In this document: piece by piece, positions 9,001-15,501 of the stretch
Layout of the letters: the number at the start of each line of letters is the position of its first letter
Numbering within the stretch: the stretch's first letter is position 1
From: a virus
Lineage: Duplodnaviria > Caudoviricetes
IMG/VR virus record: IMGVR_UViG_2529293276_000003
Coordinates: 4,067-68,066 of that record
Reading direction: 5' to 3' (one strand)
DNA length: 64,000 nucleotides
Translations under genes and position numbers: made by a program
The notes under the pieces: model-generated
The model's database searches: none
What the model was told of the DNA's origin: nothing
The model's input: only the letters and a program-made list of their open reading frames with translations

Positions 9001-10983
9001 ATTCATGCGAGTACCAAGCTTACTGTCATCTTTAAAGTTATTAGCAACACCCATAACTTGTACGGATGCACCATTATCTTTTAGATACTTAATCTGCTTA
9101 CGGATTGTGTTTAAATCAGCCTTGGTATTATTAGATAAGCCAGTAGATAGAACGACAGTTTTACCTTGTAATTCACTCTTACTAAGTTTCGTGATGGTAT
9201 TAAGTACTTCATTAGGATTACGACCGTCTTTACTGTAAGAAGTAACACCAGCCTTTTTATATTGATTACCAAACGCATTGGCAATGCTATCACCAATGGC
9301 AATAACGCCTGTAGATGCTTGCTGTATATTAGTAGTACCAGTCCCAACACCATCCACATTAGTATATTCAGGGATTTCAGGTTGATAATTAACAGCATCC
9401 GTCAGTTGTTGGTCTGCTTGTTGTTTGCGGTTATGATAAGCTTCAGCATTTAGGTCAAGAATACGCTGTAAGACTTCATCAGAAGACATTTCTTGGGATA
9501 ACTGTAAGTTACTTACTTGTTCTAACGCAGCAACGGTATCTTGTAAGGGTTGTACTTGGTTATTAAACCAATCATTTCGCTTTTTTTGTAATTTCTCTTT
9601 TTTCTTACCATCAGGCAGTTGTGCCAGTTTTTCATCAAATTCAGTAAGACGACTCATAGCCGTTGTTAATGCTTGAGTCTGTTCAGCTTTAGCACTATCA
9701 ATATCTATCTCACCTAAAGCAGCTTTGCCTGCACTGACTTGATAAGCATAATTAGGATCATAGTTTTTGTTATTTGGGTCTGTCTTTAAAGTAGACCTAA
9801 AACCCTTAACATCCCCTACTGCTGCTTTTATGTTACCTACTATAGCAGGACCACCTGCCATACCAAAGCCTACAGCAGCTTCCATACCTGCATCTTTACC
9901 TACTTTACCCCAATCAATTTTACCTTCTTTTTGTTGTTGGTTTAGAGCAGATTCTAATGCACCTTGTACAGCTTCCTGACCTGTTTCAGTAGCTGTATTA
10001 ACAGCTGTTGTACGAGCTCTATTTGCAGAGTTAGCTAATATCCTTGAAACACCTCCATTAGCAATGATTTGTTCAGTAGAAAATGAAGAAGGCAATCCTT
10101 TACTAACAAGACCTAGACCTGCACCTGTAGCGAGATCATAAGCCATATCCCTATGCGTGCTATAGCCCTTATCCTTTGCTGTATCACCCATCTCTACAAC
10201 AGCAGATGTAACTGCTGTACCTATTCCTGCTCTTGTACTTGCTGATAAAGCTGCATTAGCTACCTTTGCAGCCCTGCCAATAGCACCTGCAGGAAGTGCT
10301 TGGGGTAAAGATGATCCAGCACCTGAAGCCAAGAGATTAGGTTTAGTTAAACTATGCCCAAAAGTAGCAGCAAATTTGAGTAAAGGGTTTTCAATATCTT
10401 TAACTGCTTCATCTACTTCAGCTTTTTGACGGTAATATTCATTAGAGTATTTTTTAGCTATATATTCTTCTATAGCCTTTGCATCATAGATTCCCAGCTT
10501 CTTTAATGCAGCTTGATATATCCCTGCATTGACAACTCGCCCTGCTATCTTCTGTTCACTCTCAGGCATTGGAATTAAAGGTTTGGAGTCTCCAGTAAAC
10601 ATAGAATAAGCGTTATTAACTGGATTAACAACATGCTGTGTAAATAGTGTATCAGCTGTTGCTAAACCACCTTGAATTAATGAGTTTACACCTGAAGCAG
10701 CACCCCATCCTGTATCAGTGAGTATGTTACCTCCGTTATGTCTAGCTGTGACTTTAGGAGAATATACAGGAGCAATCTCAGGTGTAATAGTGTTATTTGT
10801 AGCAGCTTGCTTATAAAAACTATTTTCTGAAGTCAATCGTGCAGCTTCTTCATCTGTAAGACGCTTCTGTCTTTCGCTATGGGTTTCAATACCCATCCTC
10901 TTTTGGGCTTGTTCTACTTGAGCAATATTGCGTGATTGGGCTGCTTGTAATTTTTGAAGAACTTTATCAAGATCAGTACTCAT
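1..10983 (-). CDS. N4-like virion-encapsidated RNA polymerase, polyvalent, 3'-truncated by the window edge (at least 3661 aa)
   Basis: ATG at 10983 with upstream GGATAG. Hand reading found no in-frame stop in the stretches checked, and all motifs are in one frame to position 1: VNSRMHY..YQSSKLHRAM (~3770-3820), motif A SDGLNNG (~3220-3240), motif B RAVAKSVLIPFNYG (R-x3-K-x7-YG, ~2900-2945), motif C NVHDA (~1965-1980). Located next to N4-type structural genes. Confidence 0.95.
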   Translation of the reverse strand, partial: MSTDLDKVLQKLQAAQSRNIAQVEQAQKRMGIETHSERQKRLTDEEAARLTSENSFYKQAATNNTITPEIAPVYSPKVTARHNGGNILTDTGWGAASGVNSLIQGGLATADTLFTQHVVNPVNNAYSMFTGDSKPLIPMPESEQKIAGRVVNAGIYQAALKKLGIYDAKAIEEYIAKKYSNEYYRQKAEVDEAVKDIENPLLKFAATFGHSLTKPNLLASGAGSSLPQALPAGAIGRAAKVANAALSASTRAGIGTAVTSAVVEMGDTAKDKGYSTHRDMAYDLATGAGLGLVSKGLPSSFSTEQIIANGGVSRILANSANRARTTAVNTATETGQEAVQGALESALNQQQKEGKIDWGKVGKDAGMEAAVGFGMAGGPAIVGNIKAAVGDVKGFRSTLKTDPNNKNYDPNYAYQVSAGKAALGEIDIDSAKAEQTQALTTAMSRLTEFDEKLAQLPDGKKKEKLQKKRNDWFNNQVQPLQDTVAALEQVSNLQLSQEMSSDEVLQRILDLNAEAYHNRKQQADQQLTDAVNYQPEIPEYTNVDGVGTGTTNIQQASTGVIAIGDSIANAFGNQYKKAGVTSYSKDGRNPNEVLNTITKLSKSELQGKTVVLSTGLSNNTKADLNTIRKQIKYLKDNGASVQVMGVANNFKDDSKLGTRMNTDLANIAKEMGVTFLGGFDYAKADKYKAHPDSGWYKPIYDKVGITQAQGQAVTGTSQYSTNFSIDNSNKSRDDLIMGTYTAFRKAGFTDGQARYLIGEVNRENGFSAKTMFGSHSDHANGANNFGFISWQQGRRTNLFKFLKDRGIDVKESGIPQTQASLDAMAAFFMQEMKSGGITLSQYRGGTYDTRNFLKQANPDLKDRRWGHAAIGWAYGQNKLKSGASFDSSTHEAKLDKGHADINRLLGSNYTGSFSSQSNNSNINVDDNRTAQERLESLITKLKDEKTKTKEAEAQKALQDKISSLEAQVADNQTNSQQEQVSVESEAVSKAQQDTFDQVIRYSEMLSDDMINILVEQGALSEKHAEKLRLLKEVRVVENATKNTDDVKHDIYIGKKAKRAEDGYIGLQSYQQGLVQYLKTDDIGVLDSYYNHLSRFNESHTSKASAAKQAMDSFDENQQPLYIARKADSQEWEVHEGSISKELRAKTGAIEISNISRNFVNNLIEEAAHLNQIKQGYDKAYELHGASDRIKESVKVSDFGLTDFSQINTGVSQQQQPVQVTRASNINQTPVADVTTSDPTIEPTTTPTQESIPVTPPVTKTPSSVPTQRKPFRLPTNPYNDTLARDSSVGEYQRKIQEGVATPNYVWLGRGERQVNDEGKMATVSLSSIYRGTGSAKDPKTGQVTVRSNVFTDENKEVIKAGIFGSPIQSPIYVNSTNAHDQQKLKLIEEFGGDMYSIVHDGTQAGKDAAMIESANRYMDFMRVAVSNNQDFSRALLQMAADPNTGFVVQHKMSNSAFSEAAIVPRVVEELRKHPALQKISYKEQPQAVFNVLSNMGTLMADGQFHSEIQRPIDTNTFGKEDNLYKPHVFSKDDLNKFNEYTATNSTSNTNTDLNSGNAGNNTPPNITDNNGITETGIDENTNTGFDLSVFESHQNNTTEATKTLPTDVSTNTKENSTQEAESSADELITPQEAVAVKRNSSIPTNRASNAITKETVLKPMQVRKLESTSKAKEENKAEDTVYITNTPIEKSFINKPVKVSDLASSIESSQIKTKDKSQAENQALISVLSRYSPDIKVKIQDKTSYDEKASYDDDIIRVSEDSKDITRDIAQAMVHKQIGNIADELDTLDHVTALANIEAKKQRDANRKEGKQNTDTLFDDEVIDRQAKLGELRLTIDSINKDVRKHMRKILSDPNQKFTENSKALLMRATDSAADLLQLGLFNEDVKSVLKQVKVSRGKNKVTKAYHALMDAVTNFFGFSKDESTAYTKLLGIVSDSTSLSVLDSEGNFSKSSEAKIRQLNEPAKNIEEDLTKPITATKDSKAVRNILKTSFRQVQTLHKPLSSIQNFVRELYTNPVKASQILNLEPPTKAQREQINDFAEFTAEFREHLKQVFKPTDEGYENRALANYFYDKQTGEFDSNVLDALSYGAYDYLNSVANHTMNMRDDILALLGLTSKDVEQKNNAHITKEMWETYKYIGSGYVKVADDLGKRIAETLNIQRTENGSITVDSRLYSALGTWALSAMQSADLIHLHSISSEKHKKAIEEVRGVIDEKDFNSHGTVRFVSITNKEGEGINKRINEISEANKGTAGYLTDIMGGVSAVRMPSLKPIEESVANVKRRIKRTDATVTDLQAQRVAKAQAHANVINEPTFSLLTNLASQHEDAFLEMIGAKLKEGELQTAHINDRDGLEGKAEAVMRDWTNAVDFINSIPKVDGVRKYWDTMFMAVNSRMHYNSNVFNYQSSKLHRAMAEPSNFKVTVQLKNKDGSSVLDSLQSKLKEYGKEIHSKHLTKDELNLTYFLRALAENMEGSEDFIEVYFESTGSKEIFTEGFTVDKLPSYVLIPAFIEYLNQEHIQKATEIVSKAQAGDKISSTEMNHLSSAIAEMKMGANSLRALREWADFQTAQENNHANFTTSLGLGSDGLNNGAALAHFWNGAFYKELLLRTGFFSFNDPFKSYFDARHDKNLGDYYTAFKNAVINEKAQEAFIMGFHANLEKDLANHNKQVFRALMRVQKSLTKRAVAKSVLIPFNYGAGIKSLKKAVFRTFLKEMQDNITLAAQQDIANKKALEAGQMTQLEYDTQRAKLLNQVMTVDRLFSFMTQKPIQWDITIDNEPKAVVINENLDLKYMLEAWISPKDEAMLDNKYSFTMGQYLAEVLQDYEAVYIEKNKVNMRILSSTVELFTQMYHEVEERAIQTVAERISNALVETGLDRGLANELALKEISYRGLSDKEREELVHSVMDKVQAQIHNVYSVQNNESKAKVRLTRLAEILFVDKANLTNNSFFLVNKSGKYQATSFGSPARHIHLEDKALLANSVQTQSMDSYISSFAMAMGKKININVHDANIGAIDNQLDMITQQNRATFQALVSYHGQLESLRALTSVIQSSYALIKDGVIRKDFHDNEVFAELTQELSSLVDEVRDTELNKLDQLANLAYLHQYAGEFGEYQVTDADRQTALKEKNKVVDQINQLEKDLALNTTIKVMSYEPNKRTDTTKQQTSESGIVQLSDTRATEQVSQLPTTSTGTDGTQGAAFTNSSSTPTEPTIQNLKQLDQTIKGLVNVSEVQLKLNKMLMGKANQHLSKMSVKFADVTTPNGTRAYGSYNVTTHTLTLDNQTFSQSGNDENKLRVINHELVHALTEYAIISNAQDLRSELNHLNKMLDAVMAQWQEDVAFNKKYGHSRHDTKEDDLTYVNQIMEVIKASQEADTTNGNHYAGLSEFIAYGMTDPEMMRYIDYAMELADLGIKPRKGISSVMDFLVRLASKVLGFKGDGYKAFVQNVETIMDNPPVDLLTLTSNDTRFSASAMKSVQANIKRGTEAMNKAITTKADVKRAMYRNDIGWIDFVWGDTGIIKTNGKTKGAKGISHIIEARIRKDKMSYDEVVEMLTHNIVETIAQGSTADAYNSSNGVKNIKITHKGYFVALRKAEGSNAWVITAFEIFEDGTGKGDGKTSPTHNQSYSARTDVGASNETNITQVTTDSNEDTRYSQIFDETDKQSAS

Positions 10984-11051
10984 AGTTTATCTATCCAATT
11001 ACTTAAGAAATAAAGTAAGTTTACAACTAGAGCAGGACAGATAACTAATTT

Positions 11052-11066
11052 GCGTCCGTTGGACGC
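11052..11066 (+). promoter_or_regulatory. GC-rich hairpin with 3-nt loop (GCGTCC-GTT-GGACGC), candidate phage-RNAP promoter
   Basis: Perfect 6-bp stem followed by TTTTGTGG, about 50 nt upstream of ATG 11116. Same architecture as the CCGCC-TTT-GGCGG copies. Confidence 0.35.
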
Positions 11067-11115
11067 TTTTGTGGTTTGTTTTTTATTAATTCTTTTAACT
11101 TATAGGAGTAATATT

Positions 11116-11442
11116 ATGTCTCTTACTAAAATTGATACACTCATTTCAACATTTCAAGATGCCATTACTGTATTGACAGAAATGAAAGAAGAAGTGAATG
11201 AACCTAAACCAGTCATACTACAAGAACCATCAGCTTCTACAACTGAAGTATATCTTAGAACTGAAGTACTCTACCCTTGGACAAAGCTAAAAAGATGGTG
11301 TACACAAAACCATGTACAACCAGTCAAAAAAGACCATTATGGTTTGATGATTAACCATTACCCTGCTTCAGCATGGTTAGAAGTATTTGGGGTAGATATT
11401 ATTGAGATCATGTCATTGAAGCTAATTGATGAAGCTGTATGA
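11116..11442 (+). CDS. Hypothetical protein with antirepressor-like C-terminal domain
   Basis: GGAG RBS before ATG 11116 (the track start at 11050 looks too long). C-terminal WTKLKRWC...YGLMINHYPASAWLEVFG resembles C-terminal domains of phage antirepressors. Confidence 0.45.
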   Translation: MSLTKIDTLISTFQDAITVLTEMKEEVNEPKPVILQEPSASTTEVYLRTEVLYPWTKLKRWCTQNHVQPVKKDHYGLMINHYPASAWLEVFGVDIIEIMSLKLIDEAV

Positions 11443-11498
11443 GTCAATATTTATATGGGATATTTATATATTTTATAGTTAATATAAGTACCCTTGTA

Positions 11499-11526
11499 TT
11501 GACACTGTGCACGGAAACCTTATTAT
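11499..11526 (+). promoter_or_regulatory. Sigma70-type promoter for the IrrE/membrane-protein operon
   Basis: TTGACA-N16-TATTAT, followed by the RBS AAGGGGGAG before ATG 11570. Confidence 0.65.
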
Positions 11527-11569
11527 ATACTTACACTAGCCACTGGTTTGTTAAGTATAAGGGGGAGAT

Positions 11570-12046
11570 ATGACCTATGCAGTAAATATGGCTCGTAATA
11601 TCCTAAGTACTTACTGGGATAGACAGCTGCCTATTAAGCCAGAAGATATTGCAGAAGCTTTAGGTGTAACAGTGATTTTGGATAGCGATATGGAAGACAC
11701 GACATCAGGTTCTTATAGCCTTGATGGAGATCAGCCAGTTATCCGAGTTAATGCTAACCAGCACTCAAACCGTCAGAGATTTACCCTTGCCCATGAGTTA
11801 GGACACCATGTCCTACTACATGGGGAGCGTGAAGATAGTCCTGTGACATTGTTTCGTCAAGAAGGTACAACCAATAATCTTGAGATTGAAGCCAATGCTT
11901 TTGCAGCAGAGTTACTGATGCCAAAAGGCGTGATTGATTATGTGGTAGAGAACGCTACCAAACCAACCATACAATATATGGCAGAGCAATTTTGGGTATC
12001 TGAACAAGCCATGATCTACCGCTTAAGGAATACTGGATGGCTATAA
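11570..12046 (+). CDS. ImmA/IrrE-family (peptidase M78) zinc metallopeptidase
   Basis: RQRFTLAHELGH (HExxH) and EIEANAFAAELLMP, with a C-terminal HTH-like segment (AEQFWVSEQAMIYRL). Confidence 0.92.
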   Translation: MTYAVNMARNILSTYWDRQLPIKPEDIAEALGVTVILDSDMEDTTSGSYSLDGDQPVIRVNANQHSNRQRFTLAHELGHHVLLHGEREDSPVTLFRQEGTTNNLEIEANAFAAELLMPKGVIDYVVENATKPTIQYMAEQFWVSEQAMIYRLRNTGWL

Positions 12047-12462
12047 AGCGAGAGAAGGCATTAACCACTCCAGTGATAGATGCAGTCAATGCAGAGCTAC
12101 AAACCAATCAACAACGAGCAGAACTTGAAAAGGTTCGTATGCTTTGGTTTAGAGTAGCTGTTATTGTGGCTCTAGCTATTGCGATTACATTTGCTCTATT
12201 AGCCATCCGATTAGTGTGTGCTTACATTAGGTTAACCCAATCACTTACTGTAGTGCCTGCACTAGAGTACTACTGGCATATGCCTTTGATGTTCTTACTG
12301 GCTTGCACCACTTTGGTGATCATCACTCTACATTCAGTAGCTTCCTTTGGTCAATCTAATGAAGCCAAGGATAACAATCACCCTGCTGAGAGTTTACTGG
12401 ATAAGGTCACTGAACTGTGTAATAAAGTAGTAGAGTTGATTTCAAAATCTGAGAGTAAGTGA
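12037..12462 (+). CDS. Two-TM membrane protein, translationally coupled to the IrrE gene
   Basis: 10-bp overlap with the upstream gene. Hydrophobic segments at about aa 36-62 and 82-102. Confidence 0.8.
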   Translation: MAIKREKALTTPVIDAVNAELQTNQQRAELEKVRMLWFRVAVIVALAIAITFALLAIRLVCAYIRLTQSLTVVPALEYYWHMPLMFLLACTTLVIITLHSVASFGQSNEAKDNNHPAESLLDKVTELCNKVVELISKSESK

Positions 12463-12548
12463 GTAGAGCAACTCTATTGACAGGGTTTAGCTTAATAGGG
12501 TAATCTTTTTATACTAGGTATTTATATTACTTTAAAGCCAACCAAACC

Positions 12549-12563
12549 ACCGCCAAAGGCGGT
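12549..12563 (-). promoter_or_regulatory. ACCGCC-TTT-GGCGGT hairpin (reverse copy), phage promoter or terminator
   Basis: Same 13-bp core as at 37725 and 53581, in the opposite orientation. Confidence 0.45.
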
Positions 12564-12601
12564 AATCTTATATTACTTATATTAACTAGTAGTTACTAAC
12601 T

Positions 12602-12859
12602 ATGAATAAGAAACCAGAGAAAATAACCATCAAGATTAAGAAAGAGGATTTAGGTGATCTTGATGAAATTACGATTGAAGTACAACAAAGAGAATCTGCT
12701 GTAGATAGAGTATTAAATAAATCAATAGAAGGTGCTCAATCATTACATCACAAAGCCAAAGTAAACGGCTGGTATCGTAAAATCAAGATACTAGTTATAA
12801 CTGTTTTAGTTATCTATTTAAGTATTTGGATAACAATTTTTATTGAAATACTCATTTGA
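12602..12859 (+). CDS. Small protein with C-terminal TM helix
   Basis: 85-aa ORF ending KILVITVLVIYLSIWITIFIEILI. Confidence 0.7.
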   Translation: MNKKPEKITIKIKKEDLGDLDEITIEVQQRESAVDRVLNKSIEGAQSLHHKAKVNGWYRKIKILVITVLVIYLSIWITIFIEILI

Positions 12860-12890
12860 CGCTTAGGATATTAATAGTAATATTGTTAAG

Positions 12891-12928
12891 TATATAAACC
12901 CTGATATTTATATATCAGGGTTTATATA
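12891..12928. terminator. Bidirectional terminator
   Basis: Perfect 17-bp inverted repeat TATATAAACCCTGATAT-N4-ATATCAGGGTTTATATA between convergent genes. Confidence 0.75.
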
Positions 12929-12950
12929 AAACAGTAACTCTTACTTAGAT

Positions 12951-14894
12951 CTATCTTATATTAAAATACCTAAGAGCTTTATCCAGACTTTCCTTTCCGT
13001 TCTCCACACTTCTTTCCCAACCAACAGGGGTTTTTGGTGCAGTTGAGGTTGGAGTTTTACTTTGATTTTTTCCTTTATCATTTGACTTACTCTGCTGTTT
13101 TTGTTGTGGAGATGGATTGTTAGGTACATAAAAAGGATTATCAACTTTCTCTTTTGATGCTTCAAGTGCTTCATCTAAAAGTTTAATGGTATTTGCATCT
13201 GCATATTGCTTAAATGCCTTGTTTTGATTTAAAGTTACTGCATTATCTCTAACAAACCCTTCAAGTCCTGTTGGGTATGCTGTATTAATTGCTTGTAGAT
13301 AGAGAGAGAAATCGTTAGCAGCTCTATAGAAAGCTTCATTAGCTATCTCTGTCCTAATATTATGAAGAACATTCTTATTTAAAAGTGTATATTCCATATT
13401 ATCAAGGGAATCATTCCTAGCTACCCCAAACATATCTATGATACCCCAACCATTGCCTTGATAAGCAATGTCTAGTCTACCTGCAATACCTGCCTCTACA
13501 ATTTTAATTCTCTCCACATCAGTCTTTCCATGTTTACGAGCTAAATCGAAGTAGTCTCTTAAGCGTGTATCACTTACTCCTGCATTTTTAGCTAAGTTAG
13601 GTGCTTCTTTAGTAAACCACTCACTAGAACTTACTTTAGAGCCTTGAATGTGAGAATTGTTATGTTGGGTATGTAGCTTGTTTGCATAAGCAAGTGTACT
13701 AGCTAACACCTTATTAGGATTAAATTCACCATTTTCACCGATAAACCCAAGAGCTTGCTCTTCAGTTAAACCAACACTAGTAAGCCTATTTACATTGTTT
13801 TCTTTTCTAGCTTTAACTTCCTTTGATGAACCGCCAGAGCCATCACCCCTTACATTTATACCTGCCAACTGAACGGCATGACCTTCAGAAGCTGTTTGGG
13901 CTGATACATCAATACCATATTTCTTAATATCAAGCTCTTTTTTAGCATTTTCAATAGCAGAAATAGCTGCTTCATACTCCGCTTCATTCATGCGTTTAGC
14001 ATGGAAGTCGTTATAAGCGTTCTGCTCTAGTCTCGCTAAGATGAGTGGGTTTTTTAAGGACTCAATCATCTCTGAACCATAATGAGATATTAATGCTGCC
14101 TTATCAAATGCAATATCAGCTAGTGCTTGTTTTTTAGCTTCTGAATCTTCTAGTTTATTGGCTTTAGCTTCTTCAGCTTTAAGAGCACTAATTTGAGTTA
14201 AATAAGAAATATAAGCAGATCCATATAACTTAACAACTTCATCAACATGAGCATTATCAAGTCGTACTGATTCTATTTTCGCTTTTTTATCAGCGTCTAC
14301 GATGCTTTGTAGAGATCTATTTAAAAAAGTACTACCACTAGGGTGCTTAGTCATAAATTTTTCTGTAAGGCTCTCTATTTGCTGATATATTTTATCTTTA
14401 TCAGGATGACCATCAGGTAAGAGACTTGTGGTTTTGGTTAAATTGTGGATTACATCAGCAGTATTATCAGCATCATACTGCATAACTTCTGTGGTATTTT
14501 TTCTTGACTTACTATCATAATCAATAGCATCTACTGCGTCTTTGATTAAAGTAGTATTACGACCATCTACATATTTATTAATGCTGTTTATATTAGCAGC
14601 ATCAAAACCACCAATGTCAGTACCATATTTGGTTATCAGATCGTCAATCAAGGCAGCTTTATCAGTAGTTTGAAATTGATCTAGATTCATTGCATTGATT
14701 TCTTTCTCAACTTCATTAAGTTTATGTTGCTGTGCATATTTAAATACATCAGCACCTGCTTCAGTTAGTTGTTTAAAAGCTTTGTTCTGAAGTTCAGCAT
14801 TTTTATAAGCACTATTAATGACATCAGTAGCATCAATGGCTTCTATATTTGTCCACTTAGGTGCTGTACTAAATACTGTATCAAAATTACTCAT
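12951..14894 (-). CDS. Virion ejection protein, N4 gp51-like position
   Basis: 647-aa helical protein immediately upstream of the vRNAP in the late operon. Assigned by synteny. Confidence 0.6.
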   Translation of the reverse strand: MSNFDTVFSTAPKWTNIEAIDATDVINSAYKNAELQNKAFKQLTEAGADVFKYAQQHKLNEVEKEINAMNLDQFQTTDKAALIDDLITKYGTDIGGFDAANINSINKYVDGRNTTLIKDAVDAIDYDSKSRKNTTEVMQYDADNTADVIHNLTKTTSLLPDGHPDKDKIYQQIESLTEKFMTKHPSGSTFLNRSLQSIVDADKKAKIESVRLDNAHVDEVVKLYGSAYISYLTQISALKAEEAKANKLEDSEAKKQALADIAFDKAALISHYGSEMIESLKNPLILARLEQNAYNDFHAKRMNEAEYEAAISAIENAKKELDIKKYGIDVSAQTASEGHAVQLAGINVRGDGSGGSSKEVKARKENNVNRLTSVGLTEEQALGFIGENGEFNPNKVLASTLAYANKLHTQHNNSHIQGSKVSSSEWFTKEAPNLAKNAGVSDTRLRDYFDLARKHGKTDVERIKIVEAGIAGRLDIAYQGNGWGIIDMFGVARNDSLDNMEYTLLNKNVLHNIRTEIANEAFYRAANDFSLYLQAINTAYPTGLEGFVRDNAVTLNQNKAFKQYADANTIKLLDEALEASKEKVDNPFYVPNNPSPQQKQQSKSNDKGKNQSKTPTSTAPKTPVGWERSVENGKESLDKALRYFNIR

Positions 14895-15478
14895 TACTTC
14901 GCTCCATATCTATTTAAGTATTCCCCAATGCTTTCAGGTCTAGCAATACCTGTACCTTTATTATTGGCTTCCCAATACGCTTGACGATAGCGTTGTCTTT
15001 CTTCTAGCGTATTATTCCAAGCTTTGGCTTGCATCTCATAGTTACGATTGTTATTCATCATATCATGAGCCAATGTCTGTTTAGCAAGCTTATGTGCTTT
15101 TCTAGCGTTAATTGCTTCAAGAATTGAACCTACTGCTTTTAAGCCAGTATTAAACTTTTCACCAGTACTCATTTGTCCCCAACTGTTTCTAAAGCCCCTT
15201 GTATTGTTAGATAAGCTTGATTGGATAAGACTACCTACACTACCTACCGCATTTCTCCACTGTTGTTGTTGGCTTGGTAGACCTAAACCATTGTAATTAG
15301 CATAGGGTTGGTTAGAAGTATCTACCTTAAACTTAGGTTGGGTAACTACAGTATCAGCGGGTAGGGTCATAGTAGGCACAGTAGTAGGGGCAATCGTAGA
15401 TGTATCTGTTGGGGTATTATTAGTTAAATAACTACCTACTGTTGGTACATAAAAAGGATTGGCAACAATCTCATTCAT
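14894..15478 (-). CDS. Small virion/ejection protein, N4 gp52-like position
   Basis: Synteny. C-terminal KQTLAHDMMNNNRNYEMQAKAWNNTLEERQR resembles N4-like gp52 proteins. Confidence 0.6.
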   Translation of the reverse strand: MNEIVANPFYVPTVGSYLTNNTPTDTSTIAPTTVPTMTLPADTVVTQPKFKVDTSNQPYANYNGLGLPSQQQQWRNAVGSVGSLIQSSLSNNTRGFRNSWGQMSTGEKFNTGLKAVGSILEAINARKAHKLAKQTLAHDMMNNNRNYEMQAKAWNNTLEERQRYRQAYWEANNKGTGIARPESIGEYLNRYGAK

Positions 15479-15501
15479 AAAATTTCTCCTTTGGTTTAGA
15501 G

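Noticed and set aside
310-9979. Short ORF-track calls across the first 10 kb
   Set aside because: They overlap the continuous vRNAP frame on other frames or strands and show no protein-like motifs.
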